A stretch of 64,000 nt of DNA from an uncultured Nitrososphaerales archaeon (GTDB lineage: Archaea > Thermoproteota > Nitrososphaeria > Nitrososphaerales > Nitrososphaeraceae). A program made the translations under genes and the position numbers. Numbering within the stretch: the first letter of the stretch is position 1; every line of letters starts with the position of its first letter. The stretch is from contig CAVQMO010000010.1 in the NCBI GenBank assembly GCA_963713605.1, positions 576,001 through 640,000 on the forward strand. Reading direction: 5' to 3'. This document shows, piece by piece, positions 1 to 11,029 of the stretch. The notes below the pieces were generated by a model that made no database searches, was not told the DNA's origin, and saw only the letters and a list, made by a program, of their open reading frames with translations.

Positions 1-86
1 TCAACTTTATTAGATATCTCTGATTTCTAGAAAAAGTATGGATAAAAACCGTTGGAGCTTTTTTTCCGAGTGGAGCCTGTGATACT

Positions 87-1017
87 GTGGTGCCGTCTGA
101 AAGTAAGCTAAATGACAATATGGATGCGGCTTTTTGCAATCAATGTCAAAGTTACACAGTCATTTTTGATATGGTATCGAATGAGTTTGTTTGTAGCTCC
201 TGTGGATGTGTCGTTGCAGACGAGTTAATGAGTTCTGAGCACGCGGGAAGTTTTCCGTCTAGATCGGGCTACAGCGACCGAGCAAGGACGGGCATGCCTG
301 AGTCTCTGGCAGTGCATCATAAAGGCTTATCGACTTTAATAGGGATAGGTGATACTGATGCACGAGGTAAAGCACTAGAACCTTCACAAAAGGTGAAGAT
401 GCAAAGGCTAAGGACATGGAACAATAGATCTCAACTAAATGATTCCATTTCTAGAAATCTCGAAAAAGCTCTTAAATTCTTGAATAACTTTGGTGATAAA
501 CTCTATTTAAGCCAAGCCGTTATCGAAAGTGCAGCTTACATATATAGAAAAGCAGCTGTGAAAAAGCTCGCAAAAGGAAGATCTACTCTTGGGCTTGTAG
601 GGGCAGCACTCTACGCGAGCATGCCGAGAAACAGCTACGCCCAAGACTATATCGGATATTGCAACAGTTTGTAATCTTCCTACGAAGGACGTTATGACGC
701 ATTACAAACTCATTTTAAAGGAATTATCGCTACAAGTCCCCGTTCTACATGGTCCTGATTATGTCACCCTTATTGCAAATAGACTAAGTCTCTCCGAAAG
801 AACAAAGAGAGAAGCCTTGCGAATCTACTCAGACGTTCAGGAGAATCGGATATCCATTGGTAAGAATCCTAGAGCTCTTGCAGGGGCAGTTATTTATCTC
901 GCTTCACAGAATTGCAATGAATTTCTACGTCAGGTTGAAATATGCCAAGTCGCCGATATTTCGACAGTGTCTCTTAGGAAGCGCTGCAAGGAAATTAAAG
1001 TCACCCTCGGTATTTAG
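87..1017 (+). CDS. tfb: Transcription initiation factor IIB (one frameshift at ~618)
   Basis: N-terminal Zn ribbon (CNQC...CSSCG), RTG...GLST motif, two cyclin repeats (GRS, GKNP). Removing one A in GCG[A]GC at 618 restores ALYAACRET and joins ORFs 87-674 and 694-1017. Confidence 0.93.
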
Positions 1018-1026
1018 CGATTTAAC

Positions 1027-1980
1027 TCATACGTATTTCATATGTGGCCGGAGATCATACCCATTTTTTAAATGAATCATTTCGTCAAAAACAATGTCCA
1101 AATAGGCTGCCTTTGACATCGGATATGACTCTTTGCAGGTGAAAATTGTAAAGACTAGCCCTTGATGATCGATTTTGTAACCTTCACAAGGTTCATGTCC
1201 TCTCAAGATCACTTTAGCGTCAAGTCTTTTCAACCACGTATTGCTTACCGACCGACCAAAATGCTTACCAATTCCTCTTCTCGACCGTTCAAATTCCCCG
1301 TTATCCATGATGGAATCTCGTGGATCATTCCAGAGTATCTCTTCCATTGTTTCGCTAGTCATATGTTCGGCCTGAGCGTTAGACAAAGTCTTTATTGCTT
1401 CTGGGCCATTGTGGGGAAGATGGGCTGGTAAACCACCATGCACAATAACAAAACAATTTTTGATCACTACAGATAAGTAAAGTGCATGAAAAAAGGGCAA
1501 AATCTTATGATAATACAAAGCCATCGATTGGTCTTGCCCGAATAAATCCATAATTCTATATGGGAAATCATGAGAAGGAAATGGGAATTCGTCTGGTGCT
1601 TCATGATTTCCACGCATTAGGATTACCGACTGGGGAAATCTGGCTTGAAGAAAACATACAGTATATAAGACTTCTGGAGATCTTCGACCTCTATCAATGT
1701 AATCGCCCAAGAAAACGAGCTTGTTATGTTCGTCTGATAAGTATCGCTCGTAGTCAATCTTGGTCAAGATAGAATTTAGGGCACCATAATCACCATGGAT
1801 GTCGCCAATCACAACTAACCTTTCAGGGATCTCTAATTTGACCAACGATCCAAGTACTCTGCCTCCTGAAATTTGTCCACTTTCATTTTGATTTTTCAGA
1901 ACCCTGATGCTGGCATCCAGTACGTTACAGAAATCTGTTAGAGGGAGATCCTCATTTAGTTCTTCTAGACCTCTTACCAA
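1027..1980 (-). CDS. PPP-family Ser/Thr protein phosphatase (calcineurin-like metallophosphoesterase)
   Basis: GDIHG, GDYIDRG, RGNHE, HGG, LWNDP and RGHE motifs in the canonical order. Confidence 0.92.
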   Translation of the reverse strand: MVRGLEELNEDLPLTDFCNVLDASIRVLKNQNESGQISGGRVLGSLVKLEIPERLVVIGDIHGDYGALNSILTKIDYERYLSDEHNKLVFLGDYIDRGRRSPEVLYTVCFLQARFPQSVILMRGNHEAPDEFPFPSHDFPYRIMDLFGQDQSMALYYHKILPFFHALYLSVVIKNCFVIVHGGLPAHLPHNGPEAIKTLSNAQAEHMTSETMEEILWNDPRDSIMDNGEFERSRRGIGKHFGRSVSNTWLKRLDAKVILRGHEPCEGYKIDHQGLVFTIFTCKESYPMSKAAYLDIVFDEMIHLKNGYDLRPHMKYV

Positions 1981-2361
1981 TTAGCGTATTGAAGCGTCTG
2001 GCCAGCTGACCAATAAATATATTGCTGGGAAGACTAGCAATAAATTTGAAAGTAAAGCTAACCGTCGGAATTCAAACTTTTGACTTACGATTAAATTGGC
2101 TTATGTTCCTAATTTACAATTGTTTTTAGTGACTGGACAAGAAAAGCAGAAGGCACCATCCCAACCCCTAGGCCCCGCATAACCTCCTCAATTTTCATTT
2201 CAGTTCCCGGCCATTAGGCTTACTCGTTAATACATTGAAAAGAATAAAAAGCTCATGAGAACGACAACACAATTAACGTAACAACAGGAGAGTTGCTCAA
2301 AATGAATGTTAACAACACATTACACTACTGCAGCTAGCAGATGTGCCGTTCAAAATGACTT

Positions 2362-3835
2362 CTAAACCAAAACTTGAAGATTTACACGTGGAATTCCATC
2401 TATCTTGTATGGAGTCAGTCCAAAAATAGGTCCTACCGGTGAAACAGGCCTTAAGAACAAGGTACCGTTAATTAGATTGACCTCTAGTTTCAGATATGCA
2501 TGAGCTTCTACAGGAGGATAGACCGCTTCTCCAATAGTCCCAACAAAAAACGAAAGATCTGTCTTCTCACTAAGAAACGAAAGCACGCTTGTCTGATTTT
2601 GCCTGAGTTCGCCTTCAAGCGATTTCAAATGTTCACAATTGAAGATACTTAACATCAAGGATTCCGGATAATTCTTTCGTGCCATTTCCACACTCCTCTC
2701 AATCATGGCAAATTGAGAGTTATTTAGTTGAGAATTCTGAGTAGGATCGATATGCTGCTTGAAATCTGAGTCTTCGAAGTCAGACCATAATCCTGTGAAA
2801 ATGTTATTGTTAGGGAAAAATCCCAAATAGGATCTTAGAATCGCCATGATCGTCTGTGGATCGGCTTGGCCAATGGGTTGGAGAAGGACTGGATTATTTC
2901 GTTTTATGAAATTAGATATTATTTTTGCAAGAAAAGTTGTTATCGCAACTATATGGATACTGGGATCAAATCTGAAGATTACAATTCCCTTTCTGGGGAA
3001 TCCACCTTCCAATACTGCGTCCAACTCGGGATATCCTGTCCGAATCCGTCCAACCCCTCTAACGGAGTAAGGCTTCAATGGATGATCCTTTCGCCTAGGT
3101 GAGCTCATTTTGTGAAACCATCTTGTTAAGAACATATTCAGAAGGTTTGTAATTTTGAAAACTGGCAAAGATACTATTATTTAGTGAAAAATTATAAATC
3201 TGGTTTAGAATTCTCACTCCTCTTAACTTAATCATTTTTATTTGTCGCAATCTGTATGTATCGTGCACATTTTGATCCAATTCCACGATGCCGTCAACTA
3301 AAAAGTCAAGTGTACTATACGAAGTATCCTCACTAATGAAGATTAGCTTAGCGCCTGCCCTCTCACGCCATGTTTGTAGGACTCGTTCATTGTTTAACCT
3401 GGCCTCCTTATCCATAAATGAAGCTATAGCATCCCAACTATCGATAATTATAATTGGAGCCTTGACATCCATCAACTCGTTAGTTATGCGCTCAAACAAC
3501 GATTCAGGTTCATCAAGGCGTGCATCTTCGAACATAGACATCTTGTATATCTGTTCTTCATTGTCCGAGGTGGGTTGAGGTTTTATTGTTTGAACAAAAT
3601 GTTCCAACCATGGATAGTAAGTGAAGAGCTGTCTAGGAGATACTCTAGTAGAAATATAGAAAAAATTGCTTGCTTGACCTAAGGTTTTGAGAATAGTCAA
3701 TGAAAGAGTCGTTTTGCCTGTACCAGCCTTTCCCTTAATAAGAAGAGCATAGGTATCGCGCCTAACAAAGCGCTCTAATTCATCAGGAATTCGGTCTGAT
3801 TTGGTGGCAGAACTATGTCTTGGAGGTTCATTCAT
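2362..3835 (-). CDS. Two-domain KaiC/RecA-superfamily ATPase, GvpD-like (frameshift at ~3101)
   Basis: N-half has GKAGTGKT Walker A and IIIDSWD Walker B. C-half starts RIRTGYPELDAVLEGGFP with a degenerate P-loop. One extra base next to AGCT joins the two ORFs. Confidence 0.8.
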
Positions 3836-3968
3836 CGGCTACTAGGGGATAAGTAAGTCGTGCTACTACTAAAACCATTTCAGCTGCAACGGCCCCATTA
3901 TTTGTATTAATGTAGGTACCTTGAAAATTTTCCTTTTCAGATAAGCATGGCTTCGGAGTCACCTTTGG

Positions 3969-5036
3969 CTACCATGGATCCAATCCTCTTTGGAAGGAAA
4001 TCGCATCAATTAGACCTTCAGCATAGCCTACACTCAACACAGCTAATTCATTTTTTCCCTGATTTAGAAATTTCTCAGCATCTTGAACATAGCATTCTGC
4101 GTTGTCAAGCACGGCGCTAATTCCTTTGTATTGTGTTGAATCTATGGGCAGTCGTTTTCTTAGCTCATTCACTGTCTTCTTAACAGACGGAACATACTTT
4201 TCAACCATTCTCGTAGAGATTCTCGTAACATGCGAAGAGTTTTCAATTGGCTCATTTAATACTGAAGTCATATAGGAGATTGCTTCCATTTCTACGAAAT
4301 GAAGCCGTCCAGGCACTATTAGAGAGTGAGGGCCAATCCCATAATTTATTTCCAGAAGTGATCGAATTTGACCTGAAATTATCTTTTTATCAGTTCTTCC
4401 AATCCTCGACGCAACAGGTACAAAGGTCTCTTCAGTTAATGCTCGACTTCTTTGATCCTTTTCGACGTCCAATAACATCTTCATGGCAATATTAGGATCC
4501 AAAAAGAAAGGGGATATGTTTTCCTTTGTCTCGCTATATTCGGTCAATATAAGGGTATGATTTCCCAGCAATAAGTTATCCATCAGCGTGTTGTAAACAC
4601 TGATAGCTGACTGAGGTTCAGACATTATAGTTGAAGTCCTGCCAAACTTGTAAATTTGTAACCCGCTCTCGGCGATTAGAGATGTAATGCCGGACGCGGA
4701 ATGAATCACCTCCACCTTAATGCCTCTCTTTGTGGCTCGTATGAATAATTCAATGTAAGTAGTAGCGATTAGAGGGTCGCCATACACTATTAGAGCCACC
4801 TCATTGTTACCAGCTTGTTCAAGTATGTCACGGCCATCTTCTACGAATGATCTTCCCACAACGTTTACAACATTGTCATCATGCTTACAGTAGAGTGCCA
4901 ATTCACTTAGATCGATATCTGACAAATAACCTGTGAATCTCTCTATGTGGACGAGGTTGCATGTTTTTAGGACTTCTCGCCCTTTCATATTCATCCCCCC
5001 AAGGCCTTCTATTCCGAGTCCGATTAACCATAACAT
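3969..5036 (-). CDS. dph5: Diphthine synthase with C-terminal DUF357-like helical domain
   Basis: MLWLIGLG, GDPLIATT, SGLQIYKFG, HTLIL and GPHSLIVPG motifs; C-terminal YVQDAEKFL...LSVGYAEGLIDA. Confidence 0.92.
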   Translation of the reverse strand: MLWLIGLGIEGLGGMNMKGREVLKTCNLVHIERFTGYLSDIDLSELALYCKHDDNVVNVVGRSFVEDGRDILEQAGNNEVALIVYGDPLIATTYIELFIRATKRGIKVEVIHSASGITSLIAESGLQIYKFGRTSTIMSEPQSAISVYNTLMDNLLLGNHTLILTEYSETKENISPFFLDPNIAMKMLLDVEKDQRSRALTEETFVPVASRIGRTDKKIISGQIRSLLEINYGIGPHSLIVPGRLHFVEMEAISYMTSVLNEPIENSSHVTRISTRMVEKYVPSVKKTVNELRKRLPIDSTQYKGISAVLDNAECYVQDAEKFLNQGKNELAVLSVGYAEGLIDAISFQRGLDPW

Positions 5037-5060
5037 TGTAGTCTATCCTTTCTCCACCAA

Positions 5061-6195
5061 TTATCTGGTTCCTAAATGCAAATCTTTCTTTAGGTGATGT
5101 ATCCTTGAGATGTGGAATAACGCCCTTGTATAAATTTCGATGCTTGATATGTATTCTTGAATCTTTATTCTTTCGTTGGTAGTATGGGAAGAATGAGGGT
5201 CGCCCGGTCCATACGTCACCGCAGGCATTTTAAGAGCGTTTCCCAAAATGTTCATATCTCCAGTTCCGGTCTTGCGAATTAGTAAAGGTCTTACATTGCA
5301 TATGTCCATGATCGATAAGGAAAGTCCCCGAACCAGCACCGACGTAAAATCAGCTTCAAAAGGTTCTGTCTTATCTTCAGTCCTGTATTTTATAACACTC
5401 CCGTTAGATTTGGATACTTTGTTTACTATAGAATCTACTCTTGCCAGAATTTCATCGCAAGTAGTTTTCACTGGTATCCTGATATCTATTGTTGCTTTGC
5501 ATCGCTGGGGAGTGACATTGTGACTAGATCCTCCTTCTATTTCGGTGATCGCGCAGGTCACCGAATCGGATCCACCTAATAGAGACTCTCTTCCGCATAA
5601 CTCAGCCCTTAATTCATTCCACAAAGCAGACATCTCTTCAATAGAGTTCCTTGCCAGCCAGGGTGCGCTAGCATGAGCACTGTTCATTACGTCGCATACA
5701 AGTCTTATTGCTAGCCTTCCTTTATATGCGATAGTGATCTTGTCAATACCGCTAGGCTCACCGAAAATTGCATAATTCACATCTAGGTTCTTTGAAACTA
5801 GATGCTTTATCCCCGTCGCATTTCCTTCTTCATCGACAACTGCAGCAAAGATAATCGTTCCGCGCTGTTTAGGAAACTCCGAAGCCGCAAGCAACATTGA
5901 GATTAGTGGAGCCTTTGCGTCAGAGGCTCCTCTACCGTAGATATATCCATCTTGTATTCTAACTGGAATACTTCCAGGAACAGTATCCATGTGACCACAA
6001 AGAAGGATCCTCGGTGCTCCATTGCCCTTGGTGGCGATCATGTTTCCGACACTGTCTATGTATGCCTCCTCAAATCCTAAGCTCATCAATGCATTTTTCC
6101 TTAAGGAAAATCGCAAGTGACGACTCCGACCTAGAGGGTGTATACTTTTCAAGAGAACCCTTTAGAAATTCTACTGCATAGCCGTATGACACCAA
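5061..6195 (-). CDS. lysK: [LysW]-lysine/ornithine hydrolase, M20 family (frameshift at ~6078)
   Basis: GHMDTV, GRGASDAK, DEEG, GEPS motifs. The true N-terminus MVSYGYAVEFLKGSLEKYTPSRSE starts at TTG 6195 in another frame, right after lysX. Confidence 0.9.
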
Positions 6196-6197
6196 TT

Positions 6198-7088
6198 CTA
6201 TCTATTTCTTGGTCCTGTTGAGTATTCAACAGCAAGCGTGGGGATATCAACGCCAGTTACACGTACTGTATTCTTGAATTCTGTGGTGCTATTAACTTCA
6301 TGTACCAATAATCCAACCTCGTCGCTCTCCATTAGATCCACTCCAACAATTTCTCCTCCAACTGCATCTGATGCCTTTAGGCATAGGTCTTCTAATTCAT
6401 TGGTAACTGCGCATGGTTCAGCCCTGCCTCCAAGAGCCATGTTTGTTTTCCATTCTTCATGTCCAGAATATCGATAGATAGCCGCTGCGACTTGGGTGCC
6501 AATTACTATCGCTCGGATATCTCTAGGTGGCCGTTTCACAAACTCTTCAAAAAAATAAATGCGGTATAATGGAAACATGTACTCTCTGCTTTCAATAACG
6601 GCTTCTGCAGCGTTCCTGTCACGTAGTAATCCAATCAATCTTCCCCAACTTCCGACAGTAGGTTTTATGACAACAGGATATCCTATTTTCTCTATAGCTG
6701 ACAAAGCAGACTCAGCTGAGAAAGCTGTAATAGCCTTAGGTGTTTTGACACCGTTCTTCCTCAAAGTGACGTGTGCAAATAGTTTGTTGCCACAAATGTT
6801 TGATGTTTCAAATGAATTTATGACTCTATACCCTAGGCCTTCCAGCATTGATGTGGAATGGATACTCCTGAAATAGCTAACACAGCGCTGGATAATAGTA
6901 CCGTTCGATAAGATATCATCATCTCTTCTGCCTTCTAGTTCTAGAGATAAAGCTTTACAATCTAACATCGTGACGTTCGTACCCCTTTTCTTTGCTGCTT
7001 CGAATAGAGCCTTTTCTTCCCATCTAATGTTGTCGTAAAGAATTGTGAGAGAAGGTGTAGGCGTAGAATTAATTTTCTCTTTGTTCAC
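6198..7088 (-). CDS. lysX: LysW-dependent alpha-aminoadipate/glutamate ligase (RimK-type ATP-grasp)
   Basis: IRWEEKAL, QRCVSY, KPTVGSWGRL, WKTNMALGG, HEVNSTTEFKN; lies directly downstream of lysW. Confidence 0.93.
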   Translation of the reverse strand: MNKEKINSTPTPSLTILYDNIRWEEKALFEAAKKRGTNVTMLDCKALSLELEGRRDDDILSNGTIIQRCVSYFRSIHSTSMLEGLGYRVINSFETSNICGNKLFAHVTLRKNGVKTPKAITAFSAESALSAIEKIGYPVVIKPTVGSWGRLIGLLRDRNAAEAVIESREYMFPLYRIYFFEEFVKRPPRDIRAIVIGTQVAAAIYRYSGHEEWKTNMALGGRAEPCAVTNELEDLCLKASDAVGGEIVGVDLMESDEVGLLVHEVNSTTEFKNTVRVTGVDIPTLAVEYSTGPRNR

Positions 7089-7252
7089 TGACCCCAGTCC
7101 TCACCGACAACTTGGGCCGGCTTGATGTCAAACCCTTCCTCACGTTTTACCAGTTCGTAACTTGCACCACAGTCTGCACAAGTCACTATCTCTCCTTGCA
7201 TCGAATCTTCTGGTATCTTTACTTCAGCATCACATTCTGGACATTTTACCAA
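7085..7252 (-). CDS. lysW: Amino-group carrier protein LysW/ArgW, 55 aa (absent from the ORF track)
   Basis: My translation: MVKCPECDAEVKIPEDSMQGEIVTCADCGASYELVKREEGFDIKPAQVVGEDWGQ*. Two CxxC knuckles, EDWG terminus, 4-nt GTGA overlap with lysX. Confidence 0.93.
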   Translation of the reverse strand: MVKCPECDAEVKIPEDSMQGEIVTCADCGASYELVKREEGFDIKPAQVVGEDWGQ

Positions 7253-8476
7253 TTTTCTTTTCTTTCCTCAGTCTTAACTTTTGCAACAGCATCATTAAGT
7301 ATCTTTCTCTCCAGCCTGTCGTCTAAGTATAACTCGAGTACATCTCCCATTCTAAGTTCCTTTAGACCTAGAGGCTAGTGTTTCAGCTTCTCCCCTGTCT
7401 GTATTCAATCCCAAGAGTGACAGCAAGTAGCCGGCACCATTCTTCCCTGCCAATTCCCCAAAAACTATCTTACGTCTATTTCCAACTAATTTGGGCTCGA
7501 TTATCTCATAGGCAGAAGGGTTTCTTAGGATTGCGGCAAGATGTGTTCCAGCTTTATGTTTGTATGCGCTGTCGCCGACGATAGGTTTCGATTCAGGTGT
7601 TTCCAGATGTGTATATTGGGATATCGTTCTGGAAAGGTCTTTTAACATGTGAAGTCTCAAGTCAGTTCTGCATTCATATATGAAAGTTAATGCTACTGCA
7701 GTTTCAGCCAACGATGGGATACCAGTTCTCTCCCCAAATCCGTCAATAGTAGTATGAATTTGATCAGCCCCTGCGTCACACCCAGACAATGCATTAGCCA
7801 GAGCTAGTCCGACATCATTGTGACAATGAACGTCAAGAGAAGTCTTGGTTGCATCTATATGATCAAGAATCAATGTTACCATTTTGTGCATCCCTACCGG
7901 CCTCATTATGCCTACGGTGTCAGGCAGGCTTATCCTTTCAATTCCTCTCTTATTCATCTCGACACACATTTCCACCAAAAAGTCTGGGTCAGTTCTACTT
8001 GCATCCTCCATTGTGAACCGCGATTTCAGACCATGCGATTTAATGTAATCTGCAACTTCTAAAGCTCGAACCTTGGCTTCCTCTCTTGAAATTTTTAACT
8101 TGGAAGCAAGGTGAATGTCTGAAATACCTAAATAAGTGGCTACCCACGTCGCACCAGAATCTATTGCACGATCTACATCAGATTTAATCGCACGGACATG
8201 GGCTAGGATGTCTGCCTTAAGTCCTTGTCTGATAATGGTCCTGGTAGCCTCGAAGTGATCGTTGGAAACAATTGGGCTTATCTCTATCTGATCAACGCCA
8301 AAAGAATCAAGCATCCATGCAATCTGTATTCTCTGTTTTATTGTGAAGGATACACCGGGATGCTGTTCACCTTCTCTTAGGGTTGAATCTAGAATTCGAA
8401 TTCTTCGCTTTCCAAGCTTTTTAGATTCATTATAAAGATTCGCGAAATGATTTGGATCCTCTGATTTTAGCGACAA
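7246..8476 (-). CDS. Homocitrate synthase / LeuA-family DRE-TIM metallolyase (frameshift at ~7373)
   Basis: DSTLREGEQ, LPDTVG, HCHNDVG, GFGERTG, HKAGTH. The repaired C-terminus GLKELRMGDV...KENW* overlaps the lysW start. Confidence 0.88.
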
Positions 8477-8629
8477 CTAATAACAATAAGTTCATCTTTC
8501 GCACATGTTATAAACCTTTTCGCAACTGAATCGACTAATTACGTTGGAAACAATGACAATTCTCGATAACCTATCACTGAAAATTGACTATAACCGCAAA
8601 AGAAATAATACTTGATATCGATTTCAGGT

Positions 8630-9056
8630 TCACCTAATTGTCTTTAAAATAATCACTGTGTTCGTATCAGATACTCCTTCAGTTTTTCGAACTTCGTCGA
8701 TACACTTGTTAATCTCAGATATAGATGGTGCGGAAATAACAGCGGCTATGTCTGTACTGTCCTGTGATTTCATAAATGACTTCTACGCCTGCTAGACCCA
8801 TCAGTTTTCCAGAAACAAATGAGGTATCCGAAGTTGAACTGACAGAAATCAATGTGATGGCACTTGTTTTATCGCCACTATTTATTTCAACAGTAAATTT
8901 CTTGATGATTTCCCGTCTGGTTAAGTTCTTGACCCGTCTCCTAACCGCAGATTCTGATAAGCCTATTTCATCTGCTATTTCGACAAAGGCTTTTCTAGAA
9001 TCCGACTGAAGGATCTTGATTATCTTGGCATCCGTAGGATCGATGGACTCAAACAG
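8630..9056 (-). CDS. lysM: Lrp/AsnC-family regulator, LysM-like (frameshift at ~8753; missed by the ORF track)
   Basis: Translation IDPTDAKIIKILQSDSRKAFVEIADEIGLSESAVRRRVKNL...YEITGQYDIAAVI...GVSDTNTVIILK, embedded in the lys/arg operon. The apparent start codon is CTG. Confidence 0.88.
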
Positions 9057-10227
9057 ATCTTTTTACTTCCTCCAATGATAACAACCTATCCAGGGTTGTA
9101 ACGAATTTCAAGACCAATTCTCTATCAATTAACAAAGGCGGTAGCAGTCTGATAATATTTCGGCCCGAATACAACATTAAGATACCATTTGAAATGCCGT
9201 CCATAAGTATATTTCTCACATCAAATCGCAGTTCTAGTGCCAGCATCAACCCTAATCCCCTTACTTCTCTTACTATTTTGTGTTTTTCTTTAAGCTTAAC
9301 CAACAAATCCTTGAAATAGCGTCCAGTTTCCGCCGAGTTGTCGATCAATCCGTCAAGAACCAGGGCGTCTATAGACGCACTCGCAGCAGCACAAGCTAGT
9401 GGATTACCTGCAAAAGTAGAAGAATGTTCACCAATTTTCATACTCTCAATAATTTCGGTTTTTGTTATAGTCAATCCCATAGGAAACCCTCCTGCTATAC
9501 CTTTTGCGACGCAGACGACGTCAGGAATGGTATTCCAATTCTCAGCCGCCCACATCTTTCCGGTTCTACCAAATCCGGATTGTATCTCATCGAAAATCAG
9601 AACGAGAGAATGCCTCGAACAAATCTCCCGAACTTCTTGAATAAACCCTGGTGGTGGCATTATGATTCCGCTTTCGCCTTGAACCGGTTCCAAAATAACA
9701 GTTCCAGTCTTATCGTCTATCGAGTCTACTAGTTTGCGACTATTTCCGTAAGGGACAAAACTAATGTGGTCCAATAATGGCTCAAAAGGCCTCCTATATT
9801 TTTCGCTAGAGGTTATGGATAGAGCGCCTAGAGTTTTTCCATGGTAGCCTCCATTCATTGAAATTATGCCAGGTTTGCCACTAAATTTTCGTGAAAACTT
9901 GAGCGCTGTTTCCACCGCCTCTGCGCCGGAATTTGAGAAAAAAACCTTGTCTAGCCCAGTAGGGACTACTTTTGATAGTTTCTTAAGCATAATTGACCTG
10001 GCAGTATTATAAGTTGACATGTGGCACACCATCAGCTTTTCTACCTGATCTTTGATAGCAGCGACAACCCTGTCATTGCAATGCCCCACCAAGGCTACTC
10101 CATACCCTGCCATACAATCAATATACTCCCTTCCTGCATCATCCCATACCTTCGCACCCTTTCCACGGTCGATGACAATAGGAAAACGTTGGTACAGGTG
10201 GCCCACGAAGTCATCCTCACTATACAT
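9049..10227 (-). CDS. lysJ: [LysW]-aminoadipate/glutamate semialdehyde transaminase
   Basis: Class III PLP aminotransferase motifs SGAEAVE, FDEIQSGFGRTG, AKGIAGG, HSSTFAGNP; operon context (argD/lysJ). Confidence 0.92.
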   Translation of the reverse strand: MYSEDDFVGHLYQRFPIVIDRGKGAKVWDDAGREYIDCMAGYGVALVGHCNDRVVAAIKDQVEKLMVCHMSTYNTARSIMLKKLSKVVPTGLDKVFFSNSGAEAVETALKFSRKFSGKPGIISMNGGYHGKTLGALSITSSEKYRRPFEPLLDHISFVPYGNSRKLVDSIDDKTGTVILEPVQGESGIIMPPPGFIQEVREICSRHSLVLIFDEIQSGFGRTGKMWAAENWNTIPDVVCVAKGIAGGFPMGLTITKTEIIESMKIGEHSSTFAGNPLACAAASASIDALVLDGLIDNSAETGRYFKDLLVKLKEKHKIVREVRGLGLMLALELRFDVRNILMDGISNGILMLYSGRNIIRLLPPLLIDRELVLKFVTTLDRLLSLEEVKRSV

Positions 10228-11029
10228 GCGCTGTGATCACCGTACAATTTTCATGATTCAATAATTTGGATATGGGATTTTCTCTTGAACCATTGCCGAC
10301 TATGGCCTCTCCGACGCCTAGCTCCAAAGCCTCTATGCACGCTAAAATTTTCTTTTCCATTCCAAAACCGATCTTGGGGTGCATCATTTTCGCTTCACCT
10401 AGAGTCAGGTTTTCAATCAGTCTCCCATCAATTAGTAGACCTGCTACATCAGTGAGAAATATAACTTTGTCTGCCCGCATATTCCCTGCTATGTGAGCAG
10501 CCGCTCTGTCCCCGTCAACATTAAGATATTCAAATTCATCTCCTAATGCAATTGGTGAGATTACGGGTACAAAATCCTTGTCAAGTAGGACATCAATAAG
10601 AGAATTGTTTACGTGGCTGATTTTACCAGTATAACCTCCATCGATAGACATTTTCCTACCTTTGTCATTTAGGATCAAGAGTTTCTTCTTACGCTCGGCT
10701 CTTAGAAGGCAACCATCTACCCCTGCAATGCCGACTGCATTTATGCCCTGTTTAAGCAACTTTGTCACAATGGATTTGTTCACTTGGCCCGACATGACCA
10801 TTGTATATACTTCCACTGTGTCTCGATCCGTGTATCTACTCTTGATGCCTCCAGGGGACACTATGAATTGTTGCTTTACGCCTAGCTTGTTAGCAACACT
10901 TGTAACCTGTTTCCCTCCCCCGTGAACAATCACTATCTTTTCATTTTGCAATAATGTTGCGAGGTCATCAAAAATAGAAGCATGCATACTATCTGACACG
11001 ATACTACCGCCAATTTTAACTACTATCAT
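10220..11029 (-). CDS. lysZ: [LysW]-aminoadipate/glutamate kinase
   Basis: VVKIGGS, VHGGG, SRYTD, NVDGDRAA, GMEKK (argB/lysZ). Confidence 0.93.
   Translation of the reverse strand: MIVVKIGGSIVSDSMHASIFDDLATLLQNEKIVIVHGGGKQVTSVANKLGVKQQFIVSPGGIKSRYTDRDTVEVYTMVMSGQVNKSIVTKLLKQGINAVGIAGVDGCLLRAERKKKLLILNDKGRKMSIDGGYTGKISHVNNSLIDVLLDKDFVPVISPIALGDEFEYLNVDGDRAAAHIAGNMRADKVIFLTDVAGLLIDGRLIENLTLGEAKMMHPKIGFGMEKKILACIEALELGVGEAIVGNGSRENPISKLLNHENCTVITAHV

Noticed and set aside
2362..3835. Gas vesicle or circadian clock locus
   Set aside because: No gvpA/gvpC or kaiA/kaiB in the window; only the ATPase fold is shared.
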